Part shown: piece by piece, positions 1 through 14,260 of the stretch
Numbering within the stretch: position 1 is the first letter of the stretch
Layout of the letters: each line of letters opens with the position of its first letter
Source: Vicugna vicugna
Taxonomy: Eukaryota
Direction of reading: 5' to 3'
Length of the DNA: 64,000 bases
Assembly (NCBI GenBank): GCA_013265495.1
Contig: MU058718.1
Location: 3,362,081-3,426,080 of the forward strand
Program-made: the position numbers and the translations under genes
Notes under the pieces: generated by a model
Database searches by the model: none
What the model was told of the DNA's origin: nothing
The model's input: the letters and a program-made list of their open reading frames with translations, nothing else

Positions 1-3000
1 ATCCCGAGTTCTGTGTGTGGATGTCTCGAGCAGCTTCCTCTCTCTTCAGTGAACTGCTCTGAAGATTATCCCACCACGGAACAGTCGTTGAAGTCAACCA
101 GAACTTCAGGCTAGGTGTCAATTTCAGAGAAAATGTCCCTGGGTACCAAATGTCCCAACACTTCCTTCACATCAGACTGGCAAAATAAAACATGTTTTAG
201 CTTCTCTGTGGAGGGCTGGAGACTGTGAGCAGAGGCTCCAGCGCAGTGAGTATACCGTCCAGGAGCTGTCGCCCTGATTGGTACCTTACAGGACGGAACC
301 TTCCATTCCATGCTGCAGAATTTCAGGTCCAGACACAAAATCTGTCTCTGAGATGCCTCCCACACTGGTTGAACAGCTGCTCAATCTCAAGTTAGTCCTG
401 AAAGTAAAACATAATAATATGGGTTGTTTTTTAAGGGCTCACTGCCTCAATTTTGTCATGCTGGCATCAGCACCATATGCCTACTGGTGTGGCAAATTGA
501 GAAGAAAATGTTTTTATGACCAAGCTGCTGATTTTAAGAATAGTGTATCTAATGAGCCAGCTGTGATTAGACAGAAAAACATTAATAATGATTTCTGCAG
601 TTTATTTCATCCTAAACAGTTTTCAAATATTACTCTATCTTTTCAAAATTGTAAAACAGATATCATACAGATGGCCTATTTGATGGGTTCTGTTTTAAAC
701 AAGACACCTGGTTGATCATTGTTTTTATCAAAAGGCAGGAAAAATCATTTATCCCAGGTCAAATGGGCAGAACTAAAAATAAATTATGATTTTGACAAAA
801 TGATGTACATTTTATCAGACAGTGTTGTCAGTTCATGCAGATTACAGTGATTTGTCCCCTTAGAACTTGAAAATAAGGGATATAAAGATTGACTTGAGCA
901 TTAAACTATGCAGTCAATATATAGTGATCAGAGCTGAGAATGCACATCTGCTTAGAGACCAGATAGCTGTCAGGTCAGCAAGACTGGGCTGTGAAAGAAT
1001 GACTGTATTATGAAACCTAAGGATGTGTTCACCCAAAGTGCATGGGAGGAGGTGATGTTGATCCATCATAGAAATACAGGGAAAAAAGTGTCACTAAGGC
1101 AAGTGTTGGCTGTGTGTGTTTCAACATTGTTCAGGGACAGGGGCTTTAGCCAGTGGCTGAGTGACTTGAGTCTTAAAGTAAGATCACCTCTAATGTGAGC
1201 CAGATGCCTCAGGCTATGGAGACTCAAGGCAGAGCTTGAAACTAGAGTACTGGACAACTAACCCGGCTCACAGTCAGATTTGTCTGCTCTGTTACGTCCT
1301 CTTTTAATATTCAAATTAACTAGAAACATTTTTTTTTAAGTGAAAAGACTTTACAGCAGATTCTCCATTTATTTTCTTGAAAAGGCCCCCATTTCCACGG
1401 GGCAAAAATCAGCGAGAACTGTGTTAGAGCTGTCACCTTCAGACAGCTCTCTGCCATCCACGGTCCCCGCCAGGCACCTTCACTCAACTCTCATACCTCC
1501 CTGGCCCCTGGATGCATCTATGTTGGCTGCCCCTAGCTTCATACCTTCAGCTACTTCCTGTGTTCTGAGTCCATGCTCATCACACAGTCTTCTGGTTCCA
1601 GCCTGACTTCTGTTGTTTGTCTTCTACAGGGAGAAAATGAGCTGGCCATGTTGATGTGAGGACTCCTGCCTACATGGCAGTTGTATGTTTCATGGCACAG
1701 TAAGAATCTGGCATTCTGATTTTACACATCAGTCTCCGGTAAGTCAGCCTTGGAGAGATGGATCTACTCCTGGTATAACAACAAAACCAAGTGTCAGTCA
1801 CCAGAGCTGACGATCAAACTTCCACGGCTGCTAATCTCAGACAGTGCCATGCTCCCTGGTGCAGTGACTTGGGACTGAACTACCCAATGTCACCATATAG
1901 AATCCTCCACAAAGAGGGTATTTTCCAATTTTTATTTTATTTAGAGGGTACTATATGCTCTAATTTTGTTTCATAAATCACATTCACTTACACTGTGCCT
2001 TTGTATGTAGGGGTGTGTGTGTGTGTGAAATCTGAAAATGGGAAATTAGGTTAGTGGAAGAGCATACAAAATGGAAGTTTTGGTTCAAAGATAAAATAAT
2101 CTTTGCCTTTCTAACACTTCTTCCTGCAAAGTGCTGGGTGTATGTTTTTGGTTCCTTTGTCCATTCTGTTAGTATCACATTTCATGACTCTTTATTAATT
2201 GTGAAAGAATTATTGCCTTTTCAAACTCTCAAACCTTATCTTCTCTACTTTGTGAATGTCATTGCCCCTGCAGCCACCCACTAGCCTCCCATATTTTATA
2301 ATTTAGAAAATGTCCACCTACATACTGCACCTCAGTTTTGTCATCTGCCAAAAAGCAAGATGATTGGGGAAAAAAATCTTAAAAACACTTCCTACACATT
2401 CACACATTCCAGAAGCTTTACATCATAGGCATTTTGGAGTCCCACTATGTCTGAAAGAACTTCAGAATGATTGGATTTAGAAATAACTTGGGAAAAGATA
2501 ATTCTGAAGATTCTCTCTAGCAGGGGTGTTGTAATGCTGACTCATGTAACAACTCTGCAATATTTAAGATCCTCCAACTCCTCCCCCATTTCAGCCATAA
2601 ACATAGACATCTCATTCACTCATTCATTCATTCATTCAAAAAATGATCAAGCATCTACTATGTGCCAGTGACCAAAGATACACCTGAAGCCAATAGAAAG
2701 CAGTTTTCCTGGATTGAGCGTCAGTGATCATAGTGGTGATGAGAATAAAACAGAAAAGGACAGTTTTGCTTTTGCAACCATATGAGTGATTTCAGTTGTT
2801 CTGTTGTCTGCACTACAGGATAGAACTGTTTGGCAGCTTACAAGAATTTCCAGCAAGTGCCAAGTAGATCCACACTTACAATTCGTGTTTTCCTCCTGTT
2901 AAAGAGGTATCTTTGGGCATCAAACCACAGTTTACTACAAAATTCAGGCTGAGGGCTGGCAACTATTTAGGGAATGTCTCTGAATATTGCTTCTAAATAG

Positions 3001-5479
3001 TTTTTTAAAACAAACCAGACTGTCACCAAAAACTCATTTTCTATCTCTGTCCCTCCCGTATCATTCCTACATCAGTATCACTTACGGTTAAAGCATCTGA
3101 ATATGAAAAGTGACTATGTGGCGTATTGAAAAACAATAACTAAACATATTTCTTAAAATCATGTTTTTGAAATCACAGATGCATTTGATTAATTAATTAG
3201 TCACACAGAAAAGGATCCTAACTGAGCAACGTCTCAGACCTTTCATTTCTACAAAATGCAGTACTTTCAAGGCTGTAAAATACTAAATACAATCACTAAA
3301 ATACATCTTCAGGGACAGGAAGAAGTATTGGGGTCAGTTCTTTATCAGGGTTACAAACTTTGAGTTTATTTTAGATCTTGCTTTCTCAGAATCAGAGAGA
3401 ATGATAGAAGAACAGAAAAATGACCACATTTTTGAAGGACTGAATACTGATGTGTTAATTATAGAATTGATAGGCCAGCTCTAGTAACTCAAATACAGCA
3501 GCTGGTATTAGCTTGGGAATGGGTTTTACCCCACAAAGACATTATGTTTCTTGCCCTTCATGAATACTTAGAATTCTGATAGAGATAGGAACTTCAGAAA
3601 TAGAATTTTAATGTAAACATTAGTGTAACTAGGACCTATTTTTTTCCGAAAATATATCTACTTGACTGAAAACTTGTTCCCTCTCCTGCAAACTCTGTGA
3701 GCAACAAACTGAGGAATTTGTTAACCTGAGACATAGTGGCCTGGAAGCTATGTGAGATTATGTGTTCTTAAAACTGTCAACTTTTAAATGACAACTGTAC
3801 TATTTTATCATAGTAACAAAAAATGACTCCGTGAGTTTTATATGGGAACCCTGCAATTCATTTTAAAACCGCCTCAGCAACCTACAGGTAAACATAGAGA
3901 TCTCACAGTCAATGAGGACATTTGATGGCCTCATGGGGGTGGATTTGATATGGTATTTTATAACAGAAGAGAAGAAATATCAAGATAACTGCCAAGTATC
4001 ATGCGTTCTGTAAGCAACCCCAGAATGATAGAGGACATACATAGCAGACGTTTTTACCTGTGCTACTCAAAGCCACCACCCAGCTGCTCTAAACAGGAAG
4101 GACAGAAGGCAGATGACTCCCCTGCCTGGTGTGTGCTTTGCTAACCAAGGACTGCAGTGAGTCGATTCCACTCCAGAACCTCCGGCTTCAGAATTAGACA
4201 CTTAGGATCTTTGTGACCTGGGTTGGTTTCTATAGTTTGAGTCTAAGATATCCATCTATAAAATTAATCAATTTAATGTATAAAAATAGAATAGAAATAC
4301 CTTTTCTGCAAGCCTGTAAGGCTGTTGTAGGAGTCAGACGGGATAATGTGCTTAGCAGGGTGCCTGGTGGGTAGTCACTGCTTACTAAGGAGGGGACTTT
4401 GGGTTACTCTCCCCACGCCCTGTCTGCCGCTGCGGGAAGCAAAGAAACAGAGCTTTGCTTTGCTTTGCCTCATAAATGTGGTCCCCGCAGCTGGACTGCT
4501 GTAGCTTCTGGTTTCTTCCTAGAAGAAGACAATTATGCATTAGCAATATAATGTGTGTAAGCAACAGTGAGATGCCGTGAAAAAGAGATGGTTTTCCTGA
4601 GGAGGGTTGACCGAGGGGGAATGTGTGCATCCCCCTCTGTGTGGCAGTGTGTGCTGGCCACCCAGTATAACTGAGAATGCCACCTGTGCACACAGGAAAC
4701 GGGGGAAAACCTTTTCTCATGGTGGATAGTGTTGAACTTTCCCCTCCCAGGTGTTTCTCAACTCAAGTCGTTGCTTAAATATCACGTTTTCCACAAGGTC
4801 TCCTCTGACTACCGTGTTGAAAACAGCAACCCACCTCCCTGTATTGATTCTCCTTCCTTACCATTTTATTACTCTTCAGCCCCACTAATCTAATGAGAAA
4901 TACTGTTTCCAAACATATTACGTCTATTGCTTATTATCTCTGTCTTCCAGTTAGAGTGTAATCTTTTGGGGGAAAGAAATCGTTGTCTATTTTTTTGCCT
5001 GAAACACTTGATAATTTGTTGAATCAAGAAATAAATCGATAGATTTATTCATATTTGTTTGTATATGCACAGAGAAACTCTGGAAACCTTCCAGAGAAAA
5101 TAACCATTGTCACTAGGGCAGGAAAAGTGGAAGAGGTGGTCTGGATAAATTGGGGATGGAGTGGGAGAGGAATTCCAATTTTTAATTTTTGAACCATGTG
5201 AATTTTATTTATATATGTATATATATCTCAGACATCACTGTTTCTAAAGTCACCTGTCATCTCTGACAGACCTGATCTCCTCTGCACTCTCTCTAAAGAG
5301 ACCTCTCTCTTCCTTCTCTTTTCCCTGCACCCTCTTAGTTTCTCTGTTGAACCTCAAAATGGCAAATTTTCTTCCTGCTACATCTGCGTATGCGTCTGTA
5401 TATATCCTTTCTGTGTAAATGAATGCTGTAAGAAAAGTGTGAAATTGAACTTCAGTTTCAAAGCAGAGATACTCTACTC

Positions 5480-5915
5480 AGATACAGAATGTAACCAAGT
5501 AAAGGTTTATCAAGCAAAAGCAACAACAAAATGTTGACTCCAAAGAGGAAAGCCAACCAAGAAGAGCGACAGTGACTGTAGACGGTTTGACAAACTCATG
5601 GTCCCCAGTGGCAGTTGCTTTGTGGGCATTTGCCATCCCTCCCTCCCGGGGGTCACGTGATGGATCCTTTGTGTGGAAGGAGCAGGTGCCAGTAGGACCT
5701 GTGGGCTGGGAGCTGCTGCTCTGGGATTCTCCCTGCTGAGCATTTCCCGAGGAGGCTGGATATCTGCTTCTGGGCTGCACCTTCCAAGGAAAAGGACTCC
5801 TTGGTGTTAGGGCATCTGAGGCGAATGCCTCAGAGAGACTGAGGGAACACAAACAAGCAGATCGGCAACATGGTGCGAAGAAAACAGAAGGGGCACGTGA
5901 GCTGGGATGTGTTCA
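5480..5915 (-). mobile_element. ERVL-type LTR relic (LTR33-like)
   Basis: actcatggtccccagtggcagttgctttgtgggcatttgcc...gggtcacgtgatggatcc resembles old ERVL LTRs; family uncertain. Confidence 0.45.
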
Positions 5916-7187
5916 ACGTTATGAATTCATTTACATAATCACCAGCGGAAGCCGCAGGATCTGAAGTCAAGCGGAAGCCAAGAGCCTTGCCTCCAACTCT
6001 CCAGTGTGTTGGAACATATGTAAAAATTTTAAATATAGATGCTTTCTCCTTCCCTTCCAGCTTCTTTTTCACCTCCCTCCCGTGTTTTCCAGCCAGTTTT
6101 AGGCAAGCGAATTATTATTCTAGCCAGATTCCTCTAGGAGGGAAAGAGCAAACTCAATCCATCTTCATTTCTCTCGTCTGACAAAGTAGGTAAGACAGTG
6201 ATGGTATCAGTCTTTTAACTCACTGGATTTTGCTCGCAGGGATTTAATGAATATTCGTTAATACACTGTGATAAGCAGTGCAAAAATATGAGACATAGCA
6301 AAGTGATAAAGGCCATGAATTACAAATTCCTAATGCAGAAAACTGATTTCTTCTTACTACATTAAGCTCTGACCATGCTTAGACTCAGTGCCTTTTATGT
6401 ACTTCTGTGAATTTTAATTATGTAAACAATTAAAACCTGAAGAAAGGAGCCACTTTAAAGATTTGTTCCTAATTTCTCACAGAAACATTTCTCTTTACAG
6501 AAAAAGTTAGTGAACAGCAGTACTTCAGCATCGACAATTGTCAGTCATATGCCACAATGACCTGTAAATGTCTTGTAGCAAAACAAAGTCTAAAGAGATG
6601 TTTTAAATCCACTTGTTTGATTGTGCATTATGTTTAATGCACTAACCTAGAAAATCATGTTAAATTAACCAGAAATTGAAATTAACATTTTCTAATTTTT
6701 TTCTTTCATTCAATATTTTCTGCTATTTTTCAGTGTTAGCTGTTGCTTCTATCCTGAAACCCCATAATGACATCACCCCCTTGAAAATCTCCCCAAATTA
6801 TCTGTCACATGATGCCAGCAGAGCACATAATTGCACTTTATTCAGTTCTTTGCTTTTTCCCCTACTTACTCAGCGCCACTACTGTAGTTAGTTTTCCACT
6901 GTGGGAGGCACACAATGGGAGAGCAGCAGGCCCTATCACACCTCCAGGTTACATAAACGCCCACCCCAAGAGAGCAACCCAGATCCTCTAAGCACCCATA
7001 GAGAGAGGGTTCACACCCCAAACAGCAGCTTTGCTCTGAGCAGCAAGAAGAAGACACAATTCCACTTAACAATATTCATAGACTGCACCAGTCTACGAAG
7101 CTGGGCTTTCCTGGAGCACTGAACAGAAGTCACGCTTCACGGTCAAGAGCTAGAGGAAGAGCCAAGACAGAACCAAAAGCTCCAGCA

Positions 7188-7201
7188 GTTGCCATGGCAG
7201 C
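7188..7201. promoter_or_regulatory. RFX X-box-like site (distal upstream)
   Basis: GTTGCCATGGCAGC, one mismatch from the palindromic optimum. Confidence 0.45.
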
Positions 7202-7836
7202 AGCAACAGAACTGGAAAGGTTTCCAGAAGCAGGTCTGTCTCAAGAGTTTATAACATAATCACATGCTGTCTGTGTTTAACACAGGCCGAACGAAGACAG
7301 ATACAGTCTGTTTTGCAACTCCCTCCATCAGTTTGCATTATGATTAACTGGTGAAATTTTGAGGAGGCAAGTGTGATGCGTTCTCTGACCCGGTCTTCAA
7401 GTTAGTCTGCAACAAAGAAGGCTCAAGCCCTTCAATCCTCCGCTTGTGCAGGAAATGCAGCATAAGCCGATTGCTGACCTAGGCTCAGCCTGACTGGCTG
7501 AAATTTCCAGTTACAATGTGACATTTACCAATTTCTAACTGCAGAGTGATTGATCTAATAGTAAAGTTGACTCGACCACCAGAGTATTATTTGGAAATAT
7601 TAAGAGCGGACCCACATGGTGCAGGGGAATGCTCTTTGAATCTAAATTTGTTTCGAAAAAAGCAACAAGGGGTTAGGTTATTTCTTTTTCTCTTTTTTCT
7701 TAAGTAATTTGCAAAGCAAATTTAGGCTGTGATTGCAGATGTCAACTCTTCCCTGGGACAAGAGACCGGACCCTCACATGTTAGTCTATCTCTAGATGAA
7801 TTTTACCCTTCCCCCACTCCAGGGAGACCACATGAC

Positions 7837-8455
7837 TTTTTTTTAATGTGGTAAAATATACGTAACTTAAAATTTACTGTTTTAACCATTTTTAAGCATA
7901 CAATTCAGTGGCATTAGGTATACTCATAATGTTGTGTAATCATCACCACTATCCAATTCCAGAACTTTTTCATCGTCCCAAATAGAAACTGTACCCATTA
8001 AACAATACCTCCACACCATCCCCTCCCCTCAGCCCCTGGAAACCACCATTCTACTTTCTGTCTTAATGAATTTGCCTACTCTAGATATCTTATATAAGTG
8101 AAATCAAAGAGTATGTGTCCTTTTATGTGGCTTCTTTCACTTAGTATGTTTTCAAGGTCCATCCATGTTGTTGTATGTATCAGAATTCCCTTCCTTTTTA
8201 AGGCTGAATAATAGTCAATTGTATTTATATACAACATACACACATTGTATGTATGTTTTTTTCCCATTCTTCTGTTGATGGACATTTGGGTTGTTTTTAC
8301 CTTTGGCTATTGTGAATAATGCTGCTATGAATATTGATGTTGAGTATCTATTTGACTCCCTAGTATCAGTTCTTTTGGGCATATACCAGAAGTGGAATTA
8401 CTAGATCATGTGGTAATTTTATGTTTAGCTTTTTGAGGAACCACCAAACTTTTTT
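7837..8455 (-). mobile_element. Old LINE-1 (L1MA/L1MB-like) 3' region
   Basis: L1M 3' UTR motifs (ttaaccatttttaag...cagtggcatta...cccctcccctcagcccctgg) and a degenerate ORF2 tail (YYSALKRKGILIHTTTWMDLENIL). Confidence 0.85.
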
Positions 8456-8487
8456 TGAGTTTTCCACGATTTTATAGAATCTTTTGG

Positions 8488-8606
8488 AGGAAGTGGGGGA
8501 GAGGTAATTAGGTTTATTTATTTATTTATGTGGAAGTACTGGGGATTGAATCCAGGACCCTGTGCATGCCAAGCATGCACTCTGCCACTGACCTATATAC
8601 CCTCCC
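8488..8606 (-). mobile_element. tRNA-derived SINE (camelid Vic-1-like)
   Basis: Minus strand gggagggtatataggtcagtggcagagtgcatgcttggcatgcacagggtcctggattcaatccccagtac...(TAAA)n: Pol III A-box and B-box-like motifs plus an A-rich tail. Confidence 0.8.
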
Positions 8607-8784
8607 TTCTTGGCTATATCATTTTATATACCTACCAATTTCCCCCTTTTAATGCTTTTGGAAAGCTATAACTTCTGTGTCACTTTTTCAAATTTCAAGG
8701 TGCTGGGGAAAGATTGCCAGTAGAGCCATCCTTGTTGTTGATACATTTCCCTGATGTCACACTGAAATCCAGATAAGTTAAAGC

Positions 8785-9100
8785 CAGTAAACATCTATTG
8801 AATGCCTACTATGAGCCAGGCATTAGAGAGACAAAGAGCACGTAGCTTAGTAGGAAGACAGACATTTAAATGCAAAAGTGTTGTATGATGAATCTAATAA
8901 CAGAAGGACATGCAAGGCAATAAAAGGGCAGGAAAAGCTTTGCAGAAGGGATGACTGAGCCAGGCTTTGCATGATGAACAGGAGTTTGCCAGGTGGGAGG
9001 AAGGAGAATAGCCCAAGTAGGGAACAGTAAGTTCAGAGAACATCCAGGAGAACATGGCCCCTCAGGGAATGAAGGAGATTTCTTTGTGGCTACAGCTTAC
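8785..9100 (-). mobile_element. LINE-2 fragment
   Basis: aaacatctattgaatgcctactatgagccaggc...gatgaacaggagtttgccagg. Confidence 0.6.
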
Positions 9101-9714
9101 TGCCTGGTTTCTGGCCCACTGGTTTCCCCTCAGAAACGCTGTGGACAGTGGGGAAAGATACACATGTGTAAACTTGTGTTGACATATGGACTTGCATCTG
9201 AGGGTAGGAAGCAGTGGGATGTTACCACGGGGTGTCCAGAGTTTTCTGATCTGTAGTTAAATGTAGGAGCCTAGAGATGCTGAGTGAGGAAGGTGAATGC
9301 AGGGTGATACCTGACACTTTGAGACATTGAAGTAGTTCTTACCAAGCAAAATTTTAAGGCATCCAGAGATAGGAAATATGACTTAGAACTTCAGAAAAAT
9401 CTGCTTTTGATTGATCCAGTCTCAGCAGTATGGCAGGCAAAGAAACCTGAATACCCTTCCACTGCAACTTCTAGAAAGGGTTTGTAAAATACAGTAAAAA
9501 TTCTTACAAATGCAAAACCAAATTAACATATACCCAAAATAAGGACATCTCCTGGTGTCAGAAAGGAGGTCACTGAAAGCCAGAGCAGTGACCTGAAACT
9601 GTAGACCATGGGAGTGCAGGAACAGGGATGCAGGATGGATGGTGAAAGATAAGGCAGAGTTTACTTGCTTCCATGAAGCCAGCTGGAGAGCAGGAGTGAG
9701 AGTCAACAACTAGG

Positions 9715-9890
9715 AGTGTGACCTAATGTAGTGTAACACAATCGTGGGCATGACATCCCCTCACCGTTGCCATATTGTGTTGGTTAGAAGCAGGTCCTAG
9801 GTCTCATTCACCAAGGGAGGGGATTATACAGGGCATGAATACCAGAAGACAGGGATCACTGGGGGCCAATTTAGAGTCTGCCCACCCGTG
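9715..9890 (-). mobile_element. MaLR LTR fragment (MLT1D/E-like)
   Basis: gacatcccctcacc...ttggttagaagc...ggaggggattatacagggcatgaataccag...gggggcca. Confidence 0.7.
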
Positions 9891-11084
9891 TCCATCACCT
9901 GGGTACATTCAGTAGTGCCGCATCCCAGGAGTCTCTATCAAGACCTTTCTCACCAACATCAGAGCAGAGTACAGACTTCTTGTGTTACCTCTGGAAGGCT
10001 AGTGATATGCTTTGTCCCACGGCCATTGCCTATAAATGCTGATGAATACAGGATTTACTAGCTTTTAATTTCTTTATTTTATGCAAATACTACACGGTTA
10101 TGGAAACATTCCAAACAGTAGAGATAGGGATAAGGACGAAGGAGAAATTCTTATCTCCTTTCTCATTCACAAACCCCTAGTACTTCTCCTCAGAAGTAAT
10201 CTTTGGAAGTGGTTCTTGGATAGTGCAAGTTATCAACTGCCACCATTCCAGGAAAACAAGGGCACCATCTGTCCGGGAGAAAGTAGGAATTGTCCTGGGC
10301 AAGGCCAGCTGTCTTGTTTTCTGAGGTTCCCAAGGTGAAGATGAAAGGGTAAGAGAGTCATTAGGCGGCAAGAGGGGCGGCAGGGCAGCTGCGCAAGTGG
10401 CCTCCAGTCTGCCCTGCTGTCCTGAGACTCCAGTGGTAAAGTTCACTGGTAGGTTAAGGAGAGGGTGAAACCAAAAGGTTAATTATAAAATAAGAGAATT
10501 TAAAATTAAAAGGAATGAAATAAAGAAATATACACAGAAAAAACAGATTATTTTGGTGTCAAGATAAAAAATGTTAAGATAAAGAGTGCAGAGTATAAAA
10601 GCAAATAAAAGCCAAAAGTTAAAAGAAAGCACATTGCAAGTTAAATTAAAAGTCAAAGGATTACAAAGGCTAGGCTTAATTTTTATTTAAATGTATTTAA
10701 ATTTTTATTTAAATAAATAAATTTGGATAAAGAGATAAACTGACAATTTATATTGTAAAAGTATTGTAAAAATCTTATAGCTGAATCTTCCTTACAACTA
10801 AGAGAAGTCTCCAAAAAACCAGGAGCATCACTAATTGAAACAGAGAAATGGTATCACAACCTATATGTCTGTCAATTGGGAATCAGTAACATAGATTATT
10901 ATGTTTCCATTAAATCTGATTTATTCCCACAGTATAGTTTCCTCCTGCCTGAAATGGGCTTCCCTTCATTTGCCTCCTTCCGGAAGCCTTCTCAGATTAC
11001 TCCGTATCTTAATGATTTCTTTAGCAGATACTAGGATATTACCCACCATCTCAATTTTCACTCACGTTTACTACCTTCAGATTG

Positions 11085-11569
11085 GCGATTTATTACATTA
11101 ATGGTCCAAATCAGTGGTCTCTCCATATGCATACCCTCTGCCTTGTACCTCTGTAGTTCTGGCCCAATTTGAAATCTGGGCTTGGCCACATCACCTGTTT
11201 AGGCCAACAGGAAGATAGCAAACTTAACACACAAACACACACAAAGGCTTAAAAAAACAGCTTGCCCATTTCTGCTGGACCCTTGTGATTGCCAAAACAA
11301 CAAACAAAAAACTGTGGTCTAGCCTGGGGAGAGTGAGACATGTGGCCTGGAGTCCAGTCATCCCAGCTGAAACCACCATAGATCAGCCAGCTGCTAGCTA
11401 AGTGTCGAGTCAGAGACGAAGCCCCAGCTAAAACCAAAGCACCAGCCAAACCCAGTGAAATCAGCAGAACCATCCAAACGATATGTAGATTTATGAGAAA
11501 TAATAAGTGATTGTTGTTTTAAACTACTGTGTTTTGGAGTTATACGATAAACAGTAGCTAACTGACACA
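11085..11569 (+). mobile_element. MaLR LTR (MLT1F/G/H-like)
   Basis: ctgggcttggccacatc...gattgttgttttaaactactgtgttttggagtt...gctaactgacaca. Confidence 0.72.
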
Positions 11570-13649
11570 TTTGCCACTTTACCTTTTCCAAAAATATGTA
11601 CGTATTCCCAGGCTGCTTGTGCTTGTTGATTGGCATTCACTATCTGTCTTACAATTAAACAGCTTTAAGAGAGTGGTTTTCAAAATAACTATTCCCAGAG
11701 TCAGTCCATGGAAAAAGTAACATTCCCAAGTAACTTTTTATGACACTTGGGTTACCAGTAAGGCTTGTCCATATGCTCTTATTATACCTAAGAAAACGAC
11801 AAAAAGATACCCACATCTGCATGATTTGTTTGCTGTGATCCCCCACCTTGGCACTGAGTATCATCAATCACAAGAAACTGGAATCTCCCAGAGCAAAGTG
11901 ACCTAAGTTCACTCTGCTTTCTCTAAGTCCAGCCTGGATCTCCTAAGGTCATTGCCCACATTCAAAACGTACACTCACTTCTGGCAATTACATTGCATAC
12001 CAATAGCGCTCCCTCTAAGCTGAAAATTCTATTAATTTAATTCAGTCTCTTTTTTGCTATTTAGCAATGGTTTCCCCAAAAAATTAATTGAAAAGGCTAT
12101 AACGGCAGCCAAAAAAACCTCTCTATCAGTGGCAAGATGCCACTATTTAAAATGAACGTATGTATTTTTTGCTTCACTAGTCTCTTTTTCATTTCTTAAG
12201 TAGTTTTTTCTCACCTATCTGGGCATGACAAAGGACGGTCATTTCTTTTACCATGAAATCACATTCATGTTGTGGTTCTTTGAGATGCTAAAAAATACCC
12301 CCTTTCATATCCACTAAAGAGAGCTATGATTTAAACGGAAGTAGAAACTAATTTAGGAGTAACCATGAGCCAGGTGCTTTACATATGTGAGCTTGTTTAG
12401 TCCTCTAACCACAGTCTAAGTTAGGTATTATCATCTCTGCTTTGTAGTTGATGAAATTAAAGCTCTTTAATAGATAACTTGCCCAAGACCACATATGGCA
12501 TCAGAACTTGATCCCCCATGGGTCTGACCCCAAAATCAGAGATCTACCTCTTTCTTGCTACCCAGTCAGGCTTTAATAAAATCTATCTGAATGATATTTA
12601 TAAGAAGCCACCCAAATTCATCTAATTTAATTTCTGGATCTAGGATCACTTTCTCCTCTTTTTTAGTTAACCCACAACTTGCTTATATTTGACCCTTCTC
12701 AGTTGTCCAAAATGGAATATACAATTAAACTACAGTCCCCTATTATTACAAAACCCGAAACTTCCATGACTCACAGGCAAGAGAGGCAAGCTCTTTGCCC
12801 AGACTCAAGGGTAAGCATCATGGTTTAAATTCTTGGCTCTGGCTCTGTCATAGAGCAGGCCAATGTTCAAATCCTTGGGGGTTGTCTGAGGACTGAACAA
12901 GTTCATGTATTAAGTATCTGATAGATGTACAGTAGATAGGAACTTAATTTGAAAAATATTTACAGAGCAGCACACAAAGCTGATCTGATTTCCACCCCCA
13001 TTAGACAGGATGTGGAAGGGGAGAAGGGAATGACAGGTGAAGGGAGGAGGAGAGTAATGGACAGGGGCCTTGGGGCCAGGGAGCTAAACGCTGCTGAGAA
13101 TGCAGAGACCAAACTTTCCATTTTACAAAGCCAAGGGCTGTGGCTTTTAATTATACCTGGGGCTTGGTAAAGCTTCCTTCCCTGGTCAGAGACCCTTCGA
13201 ATTCCCACTTGAGAGAGAAAAAATCCGGCTTGGCAGATAACAAGCCGCCCTGTGATGACAACAACGCTCAGACATCAAGCCTGTTGACAGAACAAGCTGA
13301 CAAGTTCATCCCCTCCAGGCGGGTTTACGGATTCTCAGATGTGTTTTGCCACCTTCAAGTATGGACAGATATATTTGGAAAAATAATGACTTTACAGCAA
13401 ATTAGATTTTTCATGTGTTGCTGAGCAGTTTTGACAGGTGCAAGAGAGGCAGTGGAGGTAGGTTTGCAGATCTAGCCACGATGCCACCCCAACTGTGCGA
13501 GGTGGATGATCAGCAGGATGTGCCGTGTCAGTTTCTGCTGATATTTGTTCCATCAGGATGGAAGTGACAAGTGCTGCTTGGAGAAGCCTTCCTAGCTAAA
13601 CTCACCCCACCTCCATCTTTCAACCTCTATGGCACGTTCCTTTAGGGAG

Positions 13650-14260
13650 CTTACTACATGCCATGTACCGTTCTAAATGCTGTATGTATAATAAATCACT
13701 CTATCTGCACACCAGCCTATGAGGTAGCCACTATATCATCCCCATTTTACAAATGAGGAAACAGAGACACAGAGCAGGTAAATAACTTGCCCACAGTCAC
13801 ACGTGCAGGGCCTCGTACTGAGAGGCTGGAGATGCTGTGATTCCTGGCTCGCTATCTCCCCGTAGCAAAGACCACGTGCATCAGGTGCGTGCCATGGTCC
13901 CAGCTCTGTGCTAAGCACCTTCCATACATTTCTCACTTAATACAACACCTGTAGGAAGTGAATACTATTGTTATCCTTCCAAATGGGGAAACTGAGGCTT
14001 AGAAGGGGTTAGCAACTTGCCCAAGTTTACAAACATAATGAATTGGAGCCAAAAATAAAACCTCAATCTGTCCGACCCTAGAGCTCATGGTCTTCACTAC
14101 TATAGTTCTCTGCTCTGTCCTTTACTAATTATCTTGAGTATTTGATCCCTCTCAACCTCAGTTTCCTCATCTGTGAAATGTGGATACTGTAAATAGAATA
14201 TCTCAAAACACCAAAGTCAGAGTGAAACATTGTACATGAAAATGATCTAGGAACTATACT
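13650..14260. mobile_element. Cluster of MIR elements (two minus, one plus)
   Basis: MIR core ccccattttacaaatgaggaaacagag (13740), ggggaaactgaggcttaga (13985), cctcagtttcctcatctgtgaaatg (14156). Confidence 0.78.

Noticed and set aside
278..715. 145-aa ORF at the window start
   Set aside because: Non-ATG start and no recognisable homology.
8520..8606. tRNA gene
   Set aside because: tRNA-like head followed by an A-rich tail marks a SINE; the boxes are degenerate.
10072..10088. Possible SOX-OCT composite motif around ATGCAAAT
   Set aside because: Octamer is perfect but the adjacent SOX half (TTATTTT) does not fit CATTGT/CTTTGT.
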